From contig JADGDS010000001.1 of NCBI GenBank assembly GCA_016744775.1, positions 660,290-724,289 on the forward strand: 64,000 bases of DNA, given 5' to 3'. Below are positions 56,853-64,000 of this stretch, piece after piece (position 1 is the stretch's first letter; the number at the start of each line of letters is the position of its first letter). The stretch comes from Candidatus Marithrix sp. Its GTDB lineage: Bacteria > Pseudomonadota > Gammaproteobacteria > Beggiatoales > Beggiatoaceae. Under the pieces are notes generated by a model. That model did no database searches and was not told where the DNA came from. It saw only the letters and a program-made list of their open reading frames with translations. A program made the position numbers and the translations under genes.

Positions 56853-58067
56853 TCATTTCCAAAGAGTAACTTTAACATAATCTTCAGTTACCTCAAAATC
56901 GACTTCTGTACCATTATGTTCTTTCATTAACGGAATAATCTTGCGACGTATCCCCATGCCGCGATTATCCATAAAATTATAATCTCGTAAAATATTAGTT
57001 ATAATCGGATTACGTGGAAAACGTTGCCCAGCTTTCATTTTTTCTATAGTCATACTATTAGCTAATCCGCCCGGGCTAGTTATTTCAAGGCGATTGGCAT
57101 AAATGTTCAAATTAACTTTATTAGGATTAGTCCAATCTCTATGAGCAAAGGCATTGACAATTAGTTCTCGAATAACAGCTTTGGGATAATCCCAACACCG
57201 TATTCGTCTCATAGAAACTAAACGCTCTTCAGAAATATAAGGTTGTAAATAATACAAAACTCTATCTGGTAAACTATATTCCAATACATCACGATGATTA
57301 ATAGCACTAGTTAATCCAGTAAACGGTATATTTAATATTTCATCTAAGCTAGCATCATAATCCATTTCCTTTCCAGAAAAAACTAATAAATGAATACCAG
57401 CTTGTGGTATTCCATAACAAGGCTGCTTACCAAACAAGGATAAACCAGTGATTGTGCATACTGGCGTACCAAATTCAGTTGCTACCATGAGATCAAGATT
57501 TTGTAATTTTTGATGCCAAGCTTCTTCTGAACTAGGAATTTCATCATCTTCAATAATATCAACTAAATATTGTTCTAAGCGTCGCTTATCTAATTGATCA
57601 AAACCGCGCCCTGATATAGGTAAAGATTCAGCATGTAATAAGCCACCTGTTTGAAATAAACGTAATTGTTGTTCTCTACTTGCCAAACGACTACTGCTAC
57701 CAAAACGAATATAAACATCTTCACGATCATTATGCCTTACTACATAAGGCTTAGTAGTGCCCATACCAACAGTCAGCACAGCTACCTTTTTACCATCATC
57801 CATGATAAGCTCTTCATAAAAAGGTATAATCTGTGGATGGATAAAACGACCAAATACAGTATCCATCAACCAATCTTGCAAATTTTCTCGTTGTATGCCA
57901 GATATACTACCATCATCTTCTACACCGAGTAATATTCTCCCACCTTGAAAATTAGCAAATGCTACAATTTCCTTAGCTAATTGTTCAGGGCGTAAATTAT
58001 CACGTTTAAATTCAACATTATAATTTTCCCCGTTGCTGATTATATTCAATAATTCTTTGTGATTCAT
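56853..58067 (-). CDS. AlbA_2 (Schlafen-like) + HATPase_c_4-type ATP-binding protein, copy 2
   Basis: GENYNVEFKRD...AFANFQGGRILLGVEDDGSISG, and a C-terminal ELIVNAFAHRDW... region. Same architecture as 49134-50279. Confidence 0.7.
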   Translation of the reverse strand: MNHKELLNIISNGENYNVEFKRDNLRPEQLAKEIVAFANFQGGRILLGVEDDGSISGIQRENLQDWLMDTVFGRFIHPQIIPFYEELIMDDGKKVAVLTVGMGTTKPYVVRHNDREDVYIRFGSSSRLASREQQLRLFQTGGLLHAESLPISGRGFDQLDKRRLEQYLVDIIEDDEIPSSEEAWHQKLQNLDLMVATEFGTPVCTITGLSLFGKQPCYGIPQAGIHLLVFSGKEMDYDASLDEILNIPFTGLTSAINHRDVLEYSLPDRVLYYLQPYISEERLVSMRRIRCWDYPKAVIRELIVNAFAHRDWTNPNKVNLNIYANRLEITSPGGLANSMTIEKMKAGQRFPRNPIITNILRDYNFMDNRGMGIRRKIIPLMKEHNGTEVDFEVTEDYVKVTLWK

Positions 58068-58073
58068 AATTAT

Positions 58074-59387
58074 TCAAACTTTAACAATTATTTTAGCTAA
58101 ACTTCCAGCCATATAAAGCGGAAAATATTTAACAACACTATCTTTCTTACTGGCAATATTTTTTTTAGATAAAATGATGGCATCATTCGGTGAATATTTT
58201 TGAATATACTGTTGCAAGCTCTTAGCTTGAGTGCGTATTCCAGCTTTTACTTCCAGAGGTATGATTTTATCATCTCTATTTTGCAAAAATTCTATTTGTG
58301 AATTGCGCTCTATCCAAGAATACAATTTTTGATTACCAGCACTCATAAGTTCTTGAGCTACAAAGTTTTCAGCAAAATAGCCCTTTGTGATTCCATAATC
58401 TTCATTAACCGGCAGATTGAGCATACAACCTAACAATCCAACATCAAACATAAAAAGTTTAAACATATTAGGCTTACAAAAGCTCTCTAGCGGCAATTCA
58501 GCTCGGTTGCAAACCTTAACCTTAATAATAAGCCCAGCCTGTTCTAGCCAATCAATCGGACCCTGTAGATCGGCAAAGCTCTTTTTTCCGGGAATCACAT
58601 CTTTAAAAATATATCTCTTTACTGACCCATCTAGGTTACGGACTAATTGCATAGGAAGATTTTCCAATACAGCCACAATATGCATTGAATTAGTTGCGCC
58701 AGCGTGTTTGGCAAAATCTTTATAATAACTTGCCAGTAAGTCTTGCTGAAGTTTTCGCGTATTATAACGGGCTTCAACTGGCGTATCTCGCAATGGTATA
58801 TATTCTTTGACAACTTGAGGCAAACCACCAGTTATAAAATATTCCATTAAATGTTCCCACAACATATCATGAACAATTTCAGGAATATTGGCGGATTTCA
58901 AACTTTCAACAAGCTGATCTTTACCAAGAGCTTGCAAAAATTCTTCAAATGTCATAGGGTATAGATGAAGTAAATTAACCTTACCCACTGGAAAAGATTC
59001 AGAGGATAATTTTACTCCAAGCAGAGAACCAGCACAGCACAAAGCCAATTCTGGCATTTCTTCATTGAAATATTTTAAACTAGTCAATGCTTTAGGACAT
59101 TCCTGTATCTCATCAAAAATAAGCAAATGCTTTTCAGGAATGATAGTTTTTCCAGCTACCAAGGATAATTCTCGAATAATTCGCTTTGGTACTAGATCAG
59201 CCTGAAAAATCTTAGCAAGTTGTGGCATTTGTTCAAAATTAAATCGAAAAAATGTTGGAAATTCATTTTTTCCAAATTGTTCAAGCAGATAACTTTTTCC
59301 AACTTGCCTTGCTCCATGTAGCAGCAGTGGTTTTCTAACAACTGAGTCTCGCCACTTAATTAATTCTGCATAAAGTATTCTTTTCAT
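58074..59387 (-). CDS. AAA ATPase with DUF4143 C-terminal domain (COG1373 family)
   Basis: Walker A (GARQVGKS), Walker B (LLIFDEIQ) and a C-terminal restriction-endonuclease-like region (..IEFL...IPLEVK). Confidence 0.75.
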   Translation of the reverse strand: MKRILYAELIKWRDSVVRKPLLLHGARQVGKSYLLEQFGKNEFPTFFRFNFEQMPQLAKIFQADLVPKRIIRELSLVAGKTIIPEKHLLIFDEIQECPKALTSLKYFNEEMPELALCCAGSLLGVKLSSESFPVGKVNLLHLYPMTFEEFLQALGKDQLVESLKSANIPEIVHDMLWEHLMEYFITGGLPQVVKEYIPLRDTPVEARYNTRKLQQDLLASYYKDFAKHAGATNSMHIVAVLENLPMQLVRNLDGSVKRYIFKDVIPGKKSFADLQGPIDWLEQAGLIIKVKVCNRAELPLESFCKPNMFKLFMFDVGLLGCMLNLPVNEDYGITKGYFAENFVAQELMSAGNQKLYSWIERNSQIEFLQNRDDKIIPLEVKAGIRTQAKSLQQYIQKYSPNDAIILSKKNIASKKDSVVKYFPLYMAGSLAKIIVKV

Positions 59388-59398
59388 CGTCTTTTATC

Positions 59399-59920
59399 TC
59401 AAATCCTAACAATCCCCGTCACCGCCTCAACCGCCTCTGGTGATCTTAATATATAAACTTTCCTAAAACCTTCATGTTTTAAATATCTTATAGATCTTTT
59501 TAAATCTTGATATTGCCTGCTGATTACATAATCATCAAAATTTCTATCTTGTCTGGCTTTATGTCTATCTTGACAGATTTGTTCTGGAATATCTAAAACT
59601 ATAGCTATAGGTGTATAAGAATATTTTAGTGTAAGATGAATCAAACTTTTACGACTTTCTTTTTGTACACTTGTTGCATCTACTACTGTTAAACATTTAT
59701 TTTTCATACGTTTAGCAATAATATAATCTAACAATGCAAACGCATCCTTTGTAACAGCCTGATTATTTTCATCATCAGAAATAATTGCCCTACATTCATC
59801 AGAAGATACTATTTCAGTTTTTTTAAAATGTTTTTTTGCAAAACTACTTTTGCCAGCACTAGAAACACCAATTATTACTACCAAAGATAAATTAGGAATT
59901 TTTATTTTCATATCTACCAT
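59399..59920 (-). CDS. stand-alone polynucleotide 5'-kinase domain (Pnkp N-terminal-like, AAA_33)
   Basis: GVSSAGKSSFAKKHF (P-loop), SSDECRAIISDDENNQ and VVDATSVQ, collinear with the kinase module of bacterial Pnkp RNA-repair enzymes. Confidence 0.7.
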   Translation of the reverse strand: MVDMKIKIPNLSLVVIIGVSSAGKSSFAKKHFKKTEIVSSDECRAIISDDENNQAVTKDAFALLDYIIAKRMKNKCLTVVDATSVQKESRKSLIHLTLKYSYTPIAIVLDIPEQICQDRHKARQDRNFDDYVISRQYQDLKRSIRYLKHEGFRKVYILRSPEAVEAVTGIVRI

Positions 59921-59967
59921 TATAATGATAAAATATCCTATTCAATCAAAAAACTTTATGTTCGCTA

Positions 59968-61152
59968 ATGACTGATTATTATAACCTACCTGATGAAAAT
60001 GGTCACTTTGGACCTTACGGTGGTCTTTTTGTATCTGAAACCTTGATGCAGCCGCTTGATGAATTGAAAAAAGCTTATGAATATTATAAGCAAGATCCTG
60101 AATTCTTAGCTGAATTAGATCATGATTTAAAACACTTTGTTGGACGACCATCTCCTTTATATCATGCCGCTCGTTGGTCTGAACGTTTAGGTGGCGCACA
60201 AATTTATCTGAAACGTGAAGATTTAAATCATACCGGCGCTCATAAAATTAATAATACCGTTGGGCAAGCACTATTGGCTAAACGCATGGGTAAAAAGCGC
60301 ATCATTGCCGAAACCGGTGCTGGACAACATGGTGTAGCTACTGCTACTGTTGCAGCTCGATTCGGTATGGAATGTGTCGTCTATATGGGTGCGGAAGATA
60401 TTAAGCGTCAAGCAATTAATGTTTATCGTATGCGCCTTTTAGGTGCCGAAGTTCGCGCAGTTGAATCTGGCTCTAAAACCTTAAAAGATGCACTCAATGA
60501 AGCCATGCGTGATTGGGTCACAAATGTCGATAACACCTTTTATATCATTGGCACTGTCGCAGGACCCCATCCATATCCAGCAATGGTACGTGATTTTCAA
60601 ACTATTATTGGTAGAGAAACACGCGAACAAATTTCACCAGATGTCTTAATTGCTTGTGTTGGTGGCGGTTCTAATGCTATTGGCTTATTTTATCCATTCT
60701 TAGAAGATAAACATGTTAGTATTTATGGTGTCGAAGCCGCTGGTGATGGCTTAGAAACCGGACATCATGCCGCTCCATTATGTGCTGGTAAACCGGGCGT
60801 TTTACATGGTAATCGTACCTATTTAATGTCAGATCAAAATGGTCAAATAATTGAAACCCATTCAATTTCTGCTGGTTTGGACTATCCCGGAGTTGGTCCT
60901 GAACATGCTTGGTTAAAGGATAGTGGGCGCGTCAATTATGTAGCCGTAACTGATAAAGAAGCCTTAACAGCCTTTCATGATCTAACTCGTTTAGAAGGTA
61001 TTATTCCAGCTTTGGAATCTAGTCATGCCCTTGCTTATTGTCAAAAACTTGCACCTACTCTTGACAAAGATAAAATTATAGTCGTTAATTTATCAGGACG
61101 TGGAGATAAAGATATTCACACAGTTGCTACGCTTGAAGGAATAGAAATATGA
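59968..61152 (+). CDS. trpB: tryptophan synthase beta chain
   Basis: [12 protein letters not shown]-lysine motif and GGGSNAIG. 394 aa. Confidence 0.95.
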   Translation: MTDYYNLPDENGHFGPYGGLFVSETLMQPLDELKKAYEYYKQDPEFLAELDHDLKHFVGRPSPLYHAARWSERLGGAQIYLKREDLNHTGAHKINNTVGQALLAKRMGKKRIIAETGAGQHGVATATVAARFGMECVVYMGAEDIKRQAINVYRMRLLGAEVRAVESGSKTLKDALNEAMRDWVTNVDNTFYIIGTVAGPHPYPAMVRDFQTIIGRETREQISPDVLIACVGGGSNAIGLFYPFLEDKHVSIYGVEAAGDGLETGHHAAPLCAGKPGVLHGNRTYLMSDQNGQIIETHSISAGLDYPGVGPEHAWLKDSGRVNYVAVTDKEALTAFHDLTRLEGIIPALESSHALAYCQKLAPTLDKDKIIVVNLSGRGDKDIHTVATLEGIEI

Positions 61153-61919
61153 GTCGTTTCACTAATTGTTTTAATAAAAAAGCCGCACTAATACCATTTA
61201 TCACAGCAGGTGATCCGAATCCAAAATTAACGGTGCCGCTAATGCACACACTAGTTGAAGCTGGAGCTGATGTTATTGAATTAGGTATTCCATTTTCTGA
61301 CCCAATGGCAGATGGACCAGTTATTCAACGCGCTAGTGAACGCGCCTTAGCCGCTGGTACTAGTCTTACTAAAGTTTTAGCAATGGTAAAACAATTTAGA
61401 ATTGACAATCAAACTACACCTGTGGTACTAATGGGTTATTTAAACCCAATAGAAATAATGGGTTATGAACAGTTTGCTAAAGCGGCACAAGATGCTCAAG
61501 TTGATGGTGTATTAACAGTTGACTTACCGCCAGAAGAAGCAACAGAATTTACTAATATATTAAAAAACTATAAAATTGCCCCAATTTTCCTCTTAGCTCC
61601 AACCACCACCACAGAACGGATTAAAAAAATTGCCAGCCAAGCAGAGGGATATTTATATTATGTATCACTAAAAGGAGTAACTGGCAGTGCCAATCTGGAT
61701 TTAAACAGTGTTGCTGAGAAATTAACCGAAATTAAAAAATATTCTAACTTACCAATTGGCGTAGGATTTGGAATCAAAGATGCAAAAACAGCGGCACAAG
61801 TAGCTACAATTAGTGATGCTGTAATTGTAGGAAGTGCCTTAGTACAATTAATTGAAAATACTTCTGAAGATAAAATATTAGAAGTTGTATCTGCGTTTAT
61901 AAGAGAATTCAATGAATAA
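61149..61919 (+). CDS. trpA: tryptophan synthase alpha chain
   Basis: [17 protein letters not shown] motif. Overlaps the trpB stop. Confidence 0.9.
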   Translation: MSRFTNCFNKKAALIPFITAGDPNPKLTVPLMHTLVEAGADVIELGIPFSDPMADGPVIQRASERALAAGTSLTKVLAMVKQFRIDNQTTPVVLMGYLNPIEIMGYEQFAKAAQDAQVDGVLTVDLPPEEATEFTNILKNYKIAPIFLLAPTTTTERIKKIASQAEGYLYYVSLKGVTGSANLDLNSVAEKLTEIKKYSNLPIGVGFGIKDAKTAAQVATISDAVIVGSALVQLIENTSEDKILEVVSAFIREFNE

Positions 61920-62709
61920 TACAAACTTCATTAAAATTCGTGATCTCCGCTTTGTGCGGGGAGAACGTGTTATTTTTGATGGTGTTGACATGGATATACC
62001 ACGTGGTAAAATTACTGCCATCATGGGACCCAGCGGCACCGGTAAAACAACTTTATTACGCTTAATTGGTGGACAACTTCGCCCAGATGCTGGTACAATT
62101 GAAGTTGATGACTTAAATGTACCAAACTTAAGAACCAAAGCACTTTATAATCTGCGTAAACGTATGGGAATGTTATTTCAAACCGGTGCCTTACTGACAG
62201 ATTTAACTGTATTTGAAAATGTAGCCTTTCCCTTACGCGAACATACTAAATTAACAGAATCCCTTATTCGTAATTTAGTTCTAATGAAATTAGAAGCCGT
62301 AGGTTTACGCGGAGCGCGTGATTTAATGCCAAATGAATTATCAGGCGGAATGGCGCGACGAGTCGCTTTAGCTAGAACCTTAGTCTTAGATCCAATGATG
62401 ATAATGTATGATGAACCTTTTACCGGACAAGATCCAATTTCTATGGGAGTTTTAGTGCGGCTAATTCGTTCTATAAATGACGCTTTAGGTTTAACCAGTA
62501 TTATAGTATCACATGATGTACATGAAACTGCTGAAATAGCGGATCTTATTTATGTTATTTCTAATGGCAAAATAGTTGGTAAAGGATCACCAAATGAATT
62601 AAAAACATCAGATTCTGCTTGGGTGAAACAATTTATCAATGCCGAATCCGATGGACCAGTACCATTTCATTATCCAGCACCAGATTACGCAGAAGACTTA
62701 TTATGTTAA
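61912..62709 (+). CDS. mlaF: phospholipid (Mla) ABC transporter ATP-binding protein
   Basis: [22 protein letters not shown] and MYDEPF, followed by mlaE. Confidence 0.85.
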   Translation: MNNTNFIKIRDLRFVRGERVIFDGVDMDIPRGKITAIMGPSGTGKTTLLRLIGGQLRPDAGTIEVDDLNVPNLRTKALYNLRKRMGMLFQTGALLTDLTVFENVAFPLREHTKLTESLIRNLVLMKLEAVGLRGARDLMPNELSGGMARRVALARTLVLDPMMIMYDEPFTGQDPISMGVLVRLIRSINDALGLTSIIVSHDVHETAEIADLIYVISNGKIVGKGSPNELKTSDSAWVKQFINAESDGPVPFHYPAPDYAEDLLC

Positions 62710-63491
62710 TGTTAAATTTTTTTCAACGCATCGGTAGTGCCACAATTGACATTGTTCAACGCTTAGGGCGTGGGCACATTTTTTTTCTACAAGTACTAAC
62801 TAACATACCAAGTATATTTTTACGCCCCTCCTTAATCATCGCTCAAATTTATGCAGTTGGAGTTTTATCCTTAACAATTATAATTGTTTCAGGGCTATTT
62901 GTCGGAATGGTCTTAGGTTTACAAGGTTATAATACACTAGTAAATTTTGGTGCTACTGAAAGTTTAGGGGCAGTAGTATCATTATCATTAGTGCGTGAAT
63001 TAGGACCAGTATTAGCATCATTATTATTTGCAGGGCGTGCCGGTTCAGCTTTAACCGCTGAAATTGGACTAATGAAAGCAACTGAACAATTATCAGCTAT
63101 GGAAATGATGGCAGTAAATCCAATTAAACGAATAATTGCTCCCCGTCTAATTGCAGGAATATTTACCGTGCCTTTATTAGCAGCTATATTCAGCGCGGTT
63201 GGTATTATCGGTGGTTATATGGTTGTGGTTGAATTATTAGGAGTCGATTCAGGTGCATATTGGTCACAAATGCAAGCTCAAACCGACTTTATGGATGACA
63301 TAGTAAACGGCATCATAAAAAGTATAATTTTTGGTATAGTAGTAACTTGGATTGCAGTTTTTGAAGGTTACGATTGTACACCAACATCCGCTGGTGTAAG
63401 CCGTGCAACTACAAGAACAGTTGTACATGCCTCATTAGCAACTTTAGCACTTGATTTCATACTAACAGCTTTAATGTTTAACAATGTATAA
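62703..63491 (+). CDS. mlaE: phospholipid (Mla) ABC transporter permease
   Basis: MlaE-type polytopic protein (LVRELGPVL..LLFAGRAGSALTAEIG.MK.TEQL.A.E.M). The start was set at the ATGTTAATG overlap; the track start is 62619. Confidence 0.85.
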   Translation: MLMLNFFQRIGSATIDIVQRLGRGHIFFLQVLTNIPSIFLRPSLIIAQIYAVGVLSLTIIIVSGLFVGMVLGLQGYNTLVNFGATESLGAVVSLSLVRELGPVLASLLFAGRAGSALTAEIGLMKATEQLSAMEMMAVNPIKRIIAPRLIAGIFTVPLLAAIFSAVGIIGGYMVVVELLGVDSGAYWSQMQAQTDFMDDIVNGIIKSIIFGIVVTWIAVFEGYDCTPTSAGVSRATTRTVVHASLATLALDFILTALMFNNV

Positions 63492-63936
63492 ATTAATAAC
63501 TATCACATTCATCCTATTAACTTCATTTAATGTTGCAATGGCAACAGAAGATGAAGTACAACTAAAAAAGATCGCACCAACTATACAAGCCATAAATATC
63601 AGATTAAAAGGCACACAAAGAGAAGAACAAGTGCTTGATACTATTAAAGATATGGTCAATGATATATTATATAATGCTCGATTAGGAGTAGAAACGATAC
63701 CAATTGCAACAGATCCGACTATAACAACAATCGAAAACTACAAAAATTTAGAAATTATCATCCACGCCAAATCGCCAGAAAAAACCGGTCAAGCCTACCA
63801 AATTAGTATTACCTTACAAGAACAAGGTTATCGTGGAGAACCCAGATTATTTAAATATGTAGCTAAAGACTGGTGGTATTTTTATAGAGCTTTACAAGTT
63901 TTTTTATTGAAACGACTTAATTTGCAGACTAGATAA
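63484..63936 (+). CDS. hypothetical secreted protein (sits where mlaD would be expected, but is not MCE-like)
   Basis: 150 aa with a signal peptide (MYKLITITFILLTSFNVAMA). I recognise no MCE-domain features. Confidence 0.4.
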   Translation: MYKLITITFILLTSFNVAMATEDEVQLKKIAPTIQAINIRLKGTQREEQVLDTIKDMVNDILYNARLGVETIPIATDPTITTIENYKNLEIIIHAKSPEKTGQAYQISITLQEQGYRGEPRLFKYVAKDWWYFYRALQVFLLKRLNLQTR

Positions 63937-64000
63937 TACCATTTTATGTAATTCAGTAGTTGCAATACAGAATTACATAAATTATCATAACTGTATGATG

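Noticed and set aside
1277-63659. About 30 short (60-100 aa) ORFs nested antisense or out of frame in well-supported genes, e.g. 1277-1465, 2827-3027, 4084-4341, 4900-5178, 9094-9378, 11901-12086, 15533-15742, 20403-20657, 29074-29256, 30214-30411, 33841-34102, 36011-36465, 42843-43043, 43710-43997, 45973-46248, 47243-47476, 52262-52555, 53121-53309, 53924-54127, 57666-57932, 58417-58828, 59942-60199, 61658-62138, 63471-63659
   Set aside because: All are embedded in longer ORFs with clear family signatures. Their translations are compositionally biased and lack motifs or translation signals.
63946-63980. 10-bp inverted repeat (TATGTAATTC ... GAATTACATA) after the last ORF
   Set aside because: It is short and AT-rich, has no T-run, and lies at the window edge. 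There is not enough evidence to call it a terminator or an element end.
1-64000. Search for the DGR template repeat and reverse transcriptase, tRNA/rRNA genes, integrases/transposases, prophage genes and riboswitches (e.g. glycine riboswitch upstream of gcvT, Zur box upstream of the znuA-like cluster)
   Set aside because: I found nothing convincing by eye. There is no A-rich near-copy of 25005-25103, no RT-like ORF and no GC-rich cloverleaf-like segment. The gcvT leader is only ~55 nt, and there is no clear Zur-type palindrome. A computational scan is still needed to exclude them.

Overview
AT-rich (about one-third G+C by eye) chromosomal segment with gammaproteobacterial gene content and synteny: lysA, lptF, petABC-sspB, hisS-yfgM-bamB, murE-murF-mraY, gcvT-gcvH-gcvPA, trpF/trpB-trpA and mlaF-mlaE. 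It also has a form I RuBisCO locus (cbbR / cbbL-cbbS). WD40, haemagglutinin-like and EF-hand genes plus dense intergenic palindromic repeats suggest a sulfur-oxidising Thiotrichales/Beggiatoaceae-like organism, but that is inference only. The core genes are interrupted by many small accessory cassettes. (1) A DUF262 + HEPN pair, a VapBC-like pair and an FGE/C-type-lectin-fold lipoprotein gene are each bracketed by a roughly 100-bp direct duplication of the neighbouring core gene's end. (2) The FGE-fold gene ends in a GC-rich, adenine-poor patch that looks like a diversity-generating retroelement (DGR) variable region; no template repeat or reverse transcriptase is in the window. (3) A six-gene, translationally coupled operon encodes a TPR protein, a J-like protein lacking HPD, a GrpE-like protein, a short Hsp70, a zinc-ribbon protein and a secreted 14-blade WD40 protein. 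(4) A duplicated GNAT + secreted-protein module flanks a vWA protein. (5) A Pnkp-like kinase, a DUF4143 ATPase and an AlbA_2/Schlafen-like protein form an operon that splits trpF from trpB. (6) The RuBisCO large subunit has substitutions at several normally invariant catalytic positions and a truncated C-terminus. At least four intergenic hairpin or MITE-like repeat families are present. I saw no rRNA, tRNA, CRISPR array, integrase or transposase. All calls rest on reading the ORF translations and the DNA by eye. Hairpin and repeat coordinates are hand-counted and may be off by a few nt.
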